DNA of 64,000 nt from Stylophora pistillata. Taxonomy: Eukaryota. The DNA is taken from the NCBI RefSeq assembly GCF_002571385.2, contig NW_019217998.1, positions 328,765 through 392,764 on the forward strand, written 5' to 3'. How positions within the stretch are numbered: the stretch's first letter is position 1; the number at the start of each line of letters is the position of its first letter. The notes under the pieces are model-generated. The model did no database searches. It saw nothing but the letters and a program-made list of their open reading frames with translations, and was not told where the DNA came from. Both the position numbers and the translations under genes were made by a program. Of this stretch, positions 13,619 to 24,900 are shown piece by piece.

Positions 13619-13860
13619 GAGGAACCATGTGATTACTTGTTTATAATATAAGGGGCAAAATGTTTTCTTACTGATCTCGCGCAAAACGGGACGCCATTGT
13701 TACAAAACAAACAGAAATTTCTTTACTTTAGCAGCCGTTGCTAAGCGATTTTCAGCCGATCATTTTCAAGTAATTTTGCCCGGGGCAATTACAAAAATTA
13801 AGAAAAAATGCCCTCTGTCTTGACCAATCACAATTCAGTAATTTTGCCCCTTATATGATA
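13474..13860. repeat. Hairpin-type interspersed element (long palindrome followed by a second inverted-repeat segment)
   Basis: Imperfect palindrome 13474-13640 with perfect 23-bp arms (13496-13518 / 13596-13618); second 15-bp IR at 13647-13661 / 13841-13855. Confidence 0.75.
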
Positions 13861-14843
13861 AAGAGGTCGCTAATTACCAATTACTTGGGGGCAGCAATAA
13901 ATCTGAACTCAACACAGGTGCAAGAGTTGAACCTGTAAGGCTGCGCGACTTCAGCAGAAAAGATAATTCAATTCTTGTAGAGTGTTGTTCCATTTTAATC
14001 AGATCACCAAGAAAATTAGGCTTCATTCTTGTGTCAGTCACTCGTCTATTACGCGTTCTTGTTTACTTTCTTTGTTTCAGATGCAAATTTCCACCTTAAC
14101 ATCGCTTTTATGCGCTAATTGACACCTAAACGTGGAAAGAAAATCATGTTTAGTGATATATTGGTTCCCATCCAAGCCAACAAATTTACCATTCCGAGAA
14201 CCGAAATAGCTAATTTTACAGTTGAAATGGATTCATTTGAAAAATTATATGAAATCGGGCCGTAGTTTTGGTTTCCTTTCCCAAACTTTTTAAGTAGCTA
14301 GCTTTTTTTAATACTATATGTTACAATGTACATTTGTACAAGCTGAAGAAATTTTCAATAATATTTAAAGACCGATTTTACCACTAGCTGGATGACCAAT
14401 TGGAAATGTATATTAAATTTTTTTGGCTAAAAACACACCATGCAACATCTTTTCTGTAAGAGGCAAAAATCATCAGGATTTTCTTGTCGGAGCTACGTGT
14501 GTGTTTGTGTGTGTAAGTGTAAACCGCGCTTCTACCGAAAGTTAGCATCAGTGAACAACACGCGACGTGGATTTCGATTCATGAAATACTCTTCTACGAC
14601 GTCAGTGGAGGTTCCGCTACTCCGAGATCCGCAAATGCGTGTAAATGCATTCTTGTTACAAATTTGCGTTGGAAATGGAGTTCATCAAGACATTAGCGCC
14701 TCTCGTTTTTGTCCAACGCGTTTCAGAAGTATATCACGCACAGTATCTTTTTCGACGAAAGGGAGTCGATAACGTCCTAGTTGTACATCTAGATGGTAGA
14801 ATCCGTGAAAAATGTCTCTTAGATTTTTATAAAATTAACAGTG

Positions 14844-15608
14844 TCACTTAAGCTGTAGAGATTTCAAGTCAATCCCAACGTCTTCCACACCTTGATCGCC
14901 TTCTAAAAGTTTGATCACCTCCTCGAACTGAGGGCTGCATTTTACATTGGCACAAAGCGAAAATTTTGATCTATCATCAGTTATGGTGGGCAAAATGGTT
15001 TGCTTTCGACCTTGCTTTCTTTGGCGACCTCGCCATTTCATTGCCAAGCTTCTTGCTTTCACAATTGTTGTAATGGAGAAATGTTCTTTACCATCTGGAG
15101 GAACAGAGAGCGACCTTTTTCTTGATGTAACCATCAACAATGCTGGCGTTTCACTTGCTCGTCTTTTTTCAGTCGTAGGCAGCTTGCCTTTTATCATTTC
15201 TGTCGCTCGCCCTGAACGATCGGCTTGCAGTTTATTTTTCGAAGAAATGTCGCCAACTTTTCCTCGTGGCTTTGACGAACTGTTACCTGGTTTTGCATTT
15301 GAGCGAGATAACTGTAATGGCTTCGAGGAGAAATTTACTTTCTTAGAAGAATATTGTCCGATTAAACTCGATCCCTCGCGACTCCATTGTTTTGTAACAT
15401 GGTAACCCGCAATTGAAGATACGGTAGCAAGAGTTGTACTTCTCTCCCTCGACTTAAGTCTTTCTTTTCCAATCCCTGTCATAATTGATTCATTTTTGGC
15501 ACTTTTAATGCGATTTGTACCTTTTCCACGTGTAATTGAAGGTGCCATGTTATATCTCCGTAATTCCAAAACTGGATCAACTTGGGTAAACAGACTAGTG
15601 TGTGGCAT
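14844..15608 (-). CDS. Uncharacterised basic, S/K/R-rich protein (single-exon ORF, 254 aa)
   Basis: 765-bp ATG-initiated open frame in AT-rich surroundings; no recognisable domain. Confidence 0.5.
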   Translation of the reverse strand: MPHTSLFTQVDPVLELRRYNMAPSITRGKGTNRIKSAKNESIMTGIGKERLKSRERSTTLATVSSIAGYHVTKQWSREGSSLIGQYSSKKVNFSSKPLQLSRSNAKPGNSSSKPRGKVGDISSKNKLQADRSGRATEMIKGKLPTTEKRRASETPALLMVTSRKRSLSVPPDGKEHFSITTIVKARSLAMKWRGRQRKQGRKQTILPTITDDRSKFSLCANVKCSPQFEEVIKLLEGDQGVEDVGIDLKSLQLK

Positions 15609-17450
15609 GTCTTCGAAAAAACGCGTAAAAGATTGTGTAAGTCTTACATTTCCGGCAACATAACTAAACCACTATCTCCCGTCGCGATTCAACGGACCCT
15701 ATCTGTTTGTTCATGTTCTTTCTGTAACGATAAACTCGATGGGCTATTTTCTCATTACGACTAACGCCAAATTGAAAACCGTCTTTTGTGTTCGCACACC
15801 CGTATTACCTCCCTATTGTGTGGAGGCTTGCATCAAGATGTGTCTCTTTCCACTGAAAGCCAAGCGTGTCATATTGACAACGAAATGTAAATTCCCTAGA
15901 TCAACAATAGTGTTACTGTCAGCTTAGCCTCTTGTATTATGCGCTTTGCTTGTTAATTGTTTCAATGTTGACATTTGTTTCGGTGAAATATAGAAAGCTG
16001 ATTTCCAAATTTGTACCTGGCAGCCAATTGCACAGTTTAAATCTAAAACAAACTCAACGCGACAGCCGGCGATAAGTTATTTACACAGTGAAAGATAATA
16101 GAGTCATAGGATTGTGCTCTTTCTTTGGACAATGGGGTAAATTATCAGACAAAAATTGGCTTTATATTGTACTGTACTTTAGTACATGAAAGATGTAGTT
16201 TCCTTGTCAGTGACTTCGAAGAAATTAGCGGAGTTATTGTGCACTTACCAGACCAGGGGTTTATCCACTTCCATATATTTCGCACCAAATACAAAAATAG
16301 AACTTTAAGTTACGATATTGAGTCGATGTTGGAGTGATGTAAAATTGCTTTTAATACAATAAAACTATGAAATGATCGTTTGATTCGATGTAAAAGCGTT
16401 TAAAAGAAAGAGTAAATCGAAAAGAGGCGAATATGGTGAGTTAAGATAGACAAATAACTCAGATTGCACAGACTGCAAAAACACAGGATAGTTATCATGA
16501 GAATGGACAAATTTTGACGAAGCTCGGTTAAATATGCGTCACTAATCGGAAGTATTCAAGGATGACACTGAAAAAAGCTATTCTTAATTTTGAGTTAGAA
16601 TCAAAATTTAAACAGGGTCGGATGGGTTCAGGTTTGTTACAAAATTTGTTAAGCTAGTTTTCACTGCCATGAAAATACGGGGATGACACCCGATGGCTAG
16701 GTTGAATTCGGAAGGGATTTTGCTGACTAAGTCTGATACGCATACAGTGCTTTGTAAAAGTTCTTCATCACTCAAGAACTTTAGTTGTGAATGAAATACG
16801 GAAAGTGAAAACATCCGAAAAGTACTCGTTGAAATACAGGAAGTTTATTCGATTAGGGCTTTTTATCTAGGAAAGTAATTTTTTAGCACTTTTCTTAGAT
16901 TTCAAACTTCGTTCAGTTAGAACTTACTCGAGTGGAGTGAATTGCGTGCTTAATGACACAATACATGTAAAATAAAAAACAAAACAAACTAAAAGAAATA
17001 AACATGTCGAGAGCAATTAGCGTGAAATTTTGTGAAACGGCCGCTTTCTATTTCAATGCAAACATCATAATTTTAGTTCATTTGGTTCAATTGATGATCT
17101 AGCTTTTATCTGGAGTGAGTTTTTGGACTTAATTAGCTCAGGTCTTAGTCACAATACACAAAACATTAAATATTGGAGCTAATCAGTATTTCCTCAACCA
17201 CTCGAACAATTTACCAATTACAGCTTCATTTACGAAAATGTTCCAAATTACCCGAATAATTGATTAATTAGAGCCTAATTGTCTCTTACTCGTGTATTCA
17301 AAGTTCGGCAATTCTCGTAGGATACCCTTTAACAATCATTTCATGCAAGGATTTAAATTTCTTTAATGCAGTTCGCGTGCGGTTAACATAAATATAGTAC
17401 AATCTACTTGCAGTTAGCAGTTGCTTGTTACGGTTTGTTTGCGATCTTTA

Positions 17451-17738
17451 TAGGTGACTGGTCATTATTTGTCACTGGGGGGAGGGCAGGGGTCGAAGGA
17501 TTTTGGTTGTGTCACACTAAAATTTACCTGATCTTCCCTCCCATAAAACTATCTAACATTTTTATGACCCCCCTCATTGGCAGTTCATTGCAATCAATTT
17601 TTTATAGTCCCTCTTCCCTTTATACTCTGCTGGCGACGAAGGATCTTCCCTTTGTTCCCCTAAAAACTATTTGATCCCCCCCTTAAAACCTCTACGCCCT
17701 TTCCCCTCCCAAAGACGAAAGATAATGACTGGTCACTA
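17451..17738. mobile_element. Degenerate MITE-like element
   Basis: Imperfect ~20-bp TIRs TAGGTGACTGGTCATTATTT / AAGATAATGACTGGTCACTA. Confidence 0.5.
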
Positions 17739-18066
17739 CAATCGGTGACAAACTTGTTAACACATTGACCTTTTCAACCCCCTATTGCTTCAATTTTACT
17801 TCTTTTGCCCTTCAAAGTTAACCTTTTCGCCCCTTCCCCCAGTTAACCTTTTCGCCCCCTTCCCCCAGTTAACCTTTTCGCCCCCTTCCCCTAAAGCAAT
17901 GTTGTTTCGTGATTTCAGGAACCTCTAGCTACACACATGCAACGATTAATGGGGGAGGGGGAGTCTTATTAGCGATTTAGAGTGTGGTAGAGACAGGAGT
18001 GTTAATCCACACTTAAATAGAAATCTTCAAATATGATGTGTCAACTAATTTTGACGCTGATTGTAG
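17736..18066. mobile_element. Second MITE-like element abutting the first
   Basis: Imperfect ~30-bp TIRs CTACAATCGGTGACAAACTTGTTAACACAT / ATGTGTCAACTAATTTTGACGCTGATTGTAG. Confidence 0.55.
17816..17891. repeat. Tandem repeat, ~26-bp unit x3
   Basis: AGTTAACCTTTTCGCCCC(C)TTCCCC(C) repeated three times. Confidence 0.9.
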
Positions 18067-18793
18067 GAAACCTTCTTTTCTTTCACCCTTCAATTCAGTA
18101 ACTTTTTCATGAGTGAGGTGTTTCAGAGGGCGATACACAAACACAGCAAAGATTTATCAAGATATGTATTTAAAAATTCTCCTCAGTATACAGTTCTGAA
18201 AAACCTATCCAAACCAAAAATGTGACTGTTGAACCAGCTCATAGTTCTTAAAAATAAAACACTACACGTACGCTGTATATTTAACGTGTCCTGCACGATT
18301 TACATCAATCCAAATATGGTTAAACGTACTTTCAAGTGAGGTGCACGATAGTACATTAGTGTGAGTGCGTTCGAAATATATCGTATAAGCAATACTTAAA
18401 GCTCCTTTGCTTGTTTGAATATTATAAAACAAAAAACTCTAATCATCAAGCTGTGATATCTGAGAAATGTATGCATGAGCATGAAAAAATACCAAAAGAG
18501 GTTACAATTTACCAGAAATCAAACCATTGAAAAGTTTCACTGAATATTAAGCTCCACCAAAAGAGGATCCTCTCTTAGCTTCATTTTACGGGCAAGGGAT
18601 GCCTCTAAAAAGCGAGAATTATGAATGAAATCAATTATTAGAAAAATCCAAATACTTCCAACAAAAACTTTCTGGAAAGGTGCTTACGATCTACAACTTG
18701 TGACATATTTATCGTCTGTAAACGATCTCGCTTCGTTTTAGACCCTAAGGTAAGATATGTCACATGACTTTAAGACACCGCAATAAAACAACA

Positions 18794-18987
18794 TCATTTC
18801 TTTGAAATGTTAGACACTCTTCTTGTCCTTGCATTTTCCAAAGCCCTGGCCTTGCTCTTGCTACAAATCGAGGAGTGCTGTTCGTCATCCTGTTCCATAC
18901 AATCATCCCCACAGTACCCTTGAGTGTTACACTTTTTGCACCACACTTGAGCTGGCTTACCACACAGGCAGAAATACTCGCAGCTCT
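18794..18987 (-). CDS. Terminal exon encoding a MYND-type zinc finger
   Basis: FCLCGKPAQVWCKKCNTQGYCGDDCMEQDDEQHSSIC fits C..C/CxxC/YCxxxC/HxxxC spacing; acceptor TTTATGACAG| is phase 1, matching the donor at 19546. Confidence 0.7.
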
Positions 18988-21900
18988 CTGTCATAAAGAG
19001 ATAAAAAAAAATCATAATTAATGAGGGGCACTAGTTTATTAGCATTTAGATGCTATTTTGTGCTACCCTCGCTAAATAAAGACTTTACTTACTTACTTAC
19101 TTACTTACTTACATAGCTGTCAGTGTTTGCAGATCTAAAACCTCTTGGAGCAATTCACCGTTTTCGAAGGAAATATCCGGAGAATAAGCAAACCTAACCA
19201 CGCCCCCGTGACTCCTGATCTAGTTAGTATTTTCACAAACCTTTCCTTGTTAGAGAATCTTTGATGGTGACTGCTTAACTATCGCAAAAAGCACTATGTA
19301 GCCCAATGAGTAAATTTTTGTCTTCCCACAACTATTTTGCAATGCAATTTTAGTCCTAACTAATACTGGAGTTGCAATGTTTTGTGTTGGTTTTAAGTCT
19401 ATTAGTCATCATTTTTTCTTCGTTGCTGTACATTTTCGTCATTTTTGTGTAGGAAGAAAATTAAAAACTGATAGATTGATGAGAATATATGAATAAACGC
19501 ATCTCGGGCCATTTCTCATCTTAAAAACATATCCGAGAGCTTTACCTGCACCGTGGAACACTTTGACATAGACAGTCTTCTTATAAAGCGCGGATACCAC
19601 TAATTGTGTCTCCGTTCGAGGGTCAATGATTTTAAACTTTCGTGAAATAAACAATTATCTCACTGAACCAAGGTAACCGGGCAGCGAACGATTGATGTCC
19701 TCCCTTAATTCTGCTAATGTTCCTCCTTTCTTGGCGTTCACTATTCCTGCCATGTGCGCTAGGATCCCCATCTCTGCGTTTGGTCGAATCACCTTCACTT
19801 GCATTTTGCGTCGCTTTACGATTTGATCTACATAAAGCCCAACGGAAGAAAAACGTCGGAATGACATCAGTTCTCGACATTTAAAGATAATCCAGAACAA
19901 GGGAGACTAAAGAAGGGTCTGCACCCTACACAGACTCGCAGAAAGACGCTTATACTTCTTACCCAGTATAACACGACGAGGAGTGTTGCTGCCTCCCCGT
20001 GGTGTTTCACCCCCAGATGATACCATTCCTATCCGAAGGTGCTCCTTCCCTACGGTTTTTTTTAGGGATTATCCATTTATATCTGGACTATAACAAATAC
20101 TAATTTTATTCTTCAGGTATGAGCAAGTGGTTTTCTACTGCAGGTTTGCAAATTTTTGTCGCGCACATGTGTCTACCCCTTCCTATGATGCCTTTTGCCC
20201 TTAGAGTATTTTGGCTATTTTCCATTGAACCTCCTGATAAAGATTAATTTTCTAGGGCAGATTGGAAGTTCTGCACGTGCTTTACCCATTGCGCAAAACC
20301 ACTTTTATGGTGCCTGTCGTGTAAAAGGATTTAGACGCAAAAGTAAACCACAATCATTTTATTTTTTTTTTATAACGAGGTCGCCCAATCACGTGACCCA
20401 AACGTGACAAATTCAAACGCACGCAAGGCGTGCAAACGAGATAAAAAATTTTAAAAAAGCAAACGAAAGTAAGTGTCAATGTTCAGTCGCCTCTAACTCG
20501 TGGATAGTGCGAAAGATTAAGTTTACTCCTCTGGTATTAAGAAGAGGTATCCTATAACATGTTCTCACCTGTGACCATCAGAACACCCGGCATGTTTTCC
20601 CCCAAAGATGACGCCCGCCTACGCAGCATAGCCTCTTCTCTTGGATTTTCATCGAAGTCATCATCATCATCATCGTCAAAGATTCCCCCTATTACCAAGG
20701 TTTCTTCCAAAGCCGAAACAGATTTGACAGGGGATTGGATCTCAGTCCTAAAGCTTGTAGTTGATACCGAAAGTTCAGGTGAAGTGGGAGGAATCGGGGA
20801 AGTGTCCGTACCCTCACTCGACCGAAGACTGCCTTTTGAACTGTGGACTGGTGAAGATTTTCTGCTGATATGTGGAGTGGTTCTGGGTGTTCCTTGTTTG
20901 GACGGGACGTTAGGAAATGCAAGAATTGGTTTTGGGCGATCAGTGTCATCTTGCGATGTCAGCTTTGGACTCTAAAGAATAAGGCATAATTTTCAGTATT
21001 TCAAGAATGGCCTCACCCATTATTATCTGGCGTTCTCACTGTGCAAACTGTTCACTCAGTACGAGCATGCAAAGTTGTAGACGAAGCAACTAAAAAGTTG
21101 CTTACCAGCGTGCAAAGCTACGAGCATGCAAAGTTGTAGATGAAGAAAAATTATACAAAATATGGTACTGAAGGCCGCCAAATTACCTTAGAATGTCAAT
21201 ATCGGTGTGCTCTTTTCAAAAAGGATCGAAGTAATTGTATATGAGGCCCAACCTTCTAGAAGGAAGGTTATATTCTCACCAGCCCAATAACACAACTTAA
21301 CGACCTGACCAGGACTCGAACCCAAACCTCTAGATTCACGGTCAGTTACGTTGGTCAAACCAGCATTCTTTTTTTTAAATTTCATTAGAACATCTCACCT
21401 TAGAACTTGGCAAAGGTTCTTCTATCTCTTCAAAAGCTGGTTCCACAGTTTCTGCAAAAGCAACTGGAGTTGTACGTTTTATTTGATCATCGCTTCGCAT
21501 CGACTCTACAGAGCTGTGCACAGACCAGGTTGCACTTCTACTAGGTTTATGATACTTTGTTTCTACACCAAAACCTTTAGAGTATTTTTCACTGTCAATG
21601 AATATGTCCGGAGTTTCTGGCGGCGTTGGATTGATTTTTCTCACTTTGCTTCTCCGGCACCGACAGTAAATTACAATGACAACTAGAAAAATGACTGAAA
21701 ATCCTACAACACACGCAATAATGATGATGTAAAGCGCCATGCCCTCTTCGTCTTTAGGAGCATCCACTACTTTCTTTTCCTCACCATCCACCCTCATGAT
21801 CGGTCGCGTTGTAAGTGTTGCGCCATTAAACTCGAATTTCAGCCCCTCTTTCACGTCGTCCCAAAGGTTGTCTACCATTGCTTGTTTCTTTGATTGGCGC

Positions 21901-24900
21901 AAAGTCATGTTGAATGTGGCTACGATGCTACCCTTTCGTACGCGACAGTCAGAGAAAGTCGCATCAGGGTAGATCTTAGATAGTTGGTTCTCGCAGTAAC
22001 TTTGAAACTGCTCTTCTTTGCCTTTGATTACCTGATCGTAATCACCTTCGAAGGTAAATTCCACAGGTATCGTAACGAGCGGATCGTCATCGTTTTCATT
22101 GCAAGTTGCGGTTGACTCGGAAAGTTGCAATGTACGCTGTGGTGTAAAGCTCGCCTGATTTTTAGTCCAGGTGATGGCATCCAAATTGGAGACAGGATTC
22201 GAGGAGGGGAACATCGCGACAACATGTCTCGTTCCATCGATAGGTAACTCTTGCAGGACAGTCACACCCACGTCGGTAGCTTGCAGCTCGGAGTTTGCAG
22301 TTGCAATAATGAACTTCTCGTTGGCAAAACTAGCTTTTATTAAGCCATCTACGAATGAAGCACCGTCTATAGATTGTGGAGTTCCTGTGGAAAACGTTGT
22401 TCGTGCAAGTTGTGCACCTACGTCTGCACCCTGATGCGAGAAGATAAAGTATACTTCTGTTTGGGGGTTTACAGCTGGTGATCCATCCTTGTTAGCTAGC
22501 TTCAGAGAGAGTTCTAGGCCACACCGATCAGAAGACTCCTTGTTGTGATCAGGTACTTGATATGTCAGCTCAGTCACAAATTTTGCGCTTTCCAGGTAAA
22601 TAAGCGACAAGAAAAAGGCATCGTTAACGTCAATGACCTCGTCCCAGTTAACATCCATTCGTTTCTTCATCTCGTCAGTGAATCGAGATTTAGAAGAGGC
22701 AGTGATGTAACCACTGATGAAAGCGACATCAACAATGTCGAACCTACAGTCTACATCTACGTCACCCGATATTTCCTTGGAACATGGAGAAACTGTGACG
22801 TTCTTACTTGGCACCTCTGAAAGTTCTCTATTTACCGTTCTGAAAACTTCAACCATGACCCCAGGGACTCCATTTTTCTTTGACGTGAATGAAAGCTCGC
22901 CAACACTTTCCGAGAAGGCTTCTGATGCTGCTATTGGTCCAAATATGATAACTGTGTTTCCCGCCACTTTATACGGTAAAACAGTAGTAGCTCTGTCTAA
23001 CTGTAAGTCATCCAAGTCATACTGAATCTCTACCTGTACTGCCAAGATTCCCATGGAGCCAGGGTTTACCCTGATGGGCATTTTCCATGTATCGTCTTTA
23101 TCAAGCGACGGTATGGGCGGACCCTCCTTCTCTCCGATATCAATCTCACCGACCCTTGGCTCCACGTTGCAGTAAAAGGAAAATTCGTCTGTGACACTTG
23201 CATTTGCAATGAGGCTGGCCGAAATGGTGACACGGCTACTGCTGTCTGCCATCAGGGTCACTACGCCAGACAATGCATCGATTTTTGCTGAAGCAGGGTT
23301 GCTTGAAGAAAACGATAGCAAGCCGCTGTAACTCGTGAAGTTGTTGATGAAATAGCTCGATCCATCGCTCATTAATATTTCAGCAAACACCGAGGTAGTT
23401 TTTTCCATAGCCAGGCCACTGAGAGTCATATTGACATTTTCCAAGCCAAACCGAACGATGTTTACAGGTTTAGAGACAATTGAAGACAAGGACAAGTTAA
23501 GAACTGCTGCATGACTGCGCGCGAACTCTGCTTGTAACGAGACTTCTCCTCTCAAACCACTTCCTTCGATCGAAAAAAGATTGCTTGGAGAGGGTCCAAA
23601 TTCATAACTACCTCCTATCTGCTGAGCGTTTTTAAACGTAAAAGAAGTGTTATGCTTATTGGAAACATCAACGACTTGTTCATTTGTCAGGCCGAGAAGA
23701 ACTTTGAGTAACACCCGCTGGTAATGTCCTTGGATAACCTGTTTTAGTTCTGTAACCTTCGATGCGCCGGAAGTTTCAGGATAAGGCACAGCGCTGATAG
23801 CAAGGTTAGTACTGCCCACCACAGTAACGTTGACTTCAACAGAATTGACATTCGTGACATGTACGATTAGTTTGCCTGTTCCGAACAATCCTTGGTTGTT
23901 TGCTTCGATGTAAGGTGCGCCATTAGAAGTAGCACTGAAGAGACCATTAGATTTCGAAGAGTCGTCAATTGTATAACGGTCCCCTTCTGAAGTGATATCC
24001 ATCTCCGTTCCATTCTCATACACCAAAAGCACCTCCAAAAAAGATTTATGGGGAACGCCAGCCAAACCAGCTGGATTCATTGGAGAGGCGATAAATGCCT
24101 GTATGAGTCGAGCTTTAGCTGTGTACATCCCGCTGTCATCGATGTTTATGACCCGTACCCTAAGATGAGCTGTGATTTTCTTCCTTTTGCTAGGGTCCAC
24201 ACTTCTGTCACTCACAGTGACTTCCAAATTGTGCTCACCAACTGTTTCAAAATCCAACTCCTTTGCTAATGTTATGACACCTGTTAAAGATTTGCAAAGA
24301 AGGATTTTAAAAACTTAACCTCTGACAAAAAATTGCGAACAACAAAGACCAGACAACTTATAACAGACAGGAAAACTATGCCACACTAAAAACTAAGTTG
24401 AAGGAAATGGCCTTTAATGAAAAGAGGAGATCGCATAGAAAAAGTCTCTTCCCTTTATTGCGAGATTGAAATGAGTAGCTCGCGCATGTTCAATGAGGGA
24501 AAGGAACGAGAGGTAATTTCATTGGTATTTTACCTACTGTTACTCTGACTTACCCGTGACGTTGTCAATATCGAATGTTCCCAAACTGTTACCAGCAGTT
24601 AAGGAGTAAGACAGAACACCATCTTCACCGTAATCCCCATCAGTTGCATTCACATCAAAGATAACTGTTGCTATGCTGGTGTTTTCTCTTAGTTCTATTA
24701 TTTGGTTATCAGCATGATCCAGGACTGGTGTGAAGTCATTAACGTTCTGTACAGTGATGACCAAAGGTACAGAGCTGTTAAGCGGGACAGGTGTTCCTGC
24801 GTCCTTAACAAATACAACCAGTTGGTATGTACGGTCAGCGGTATGGTTTTGAGTCTCTATATCTAGGTCCTTGGCTGCTCGGATGATGCCTTGCTTGGAC

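Noticed and set aside
22590-23111. Bacterial contamination or recent HGT as the source of the cohesin/dockerin
   Set aside because: The modules lie in the same spliced exon as a cadherin repeat and the TM helix, with composition like neighbouring exons.
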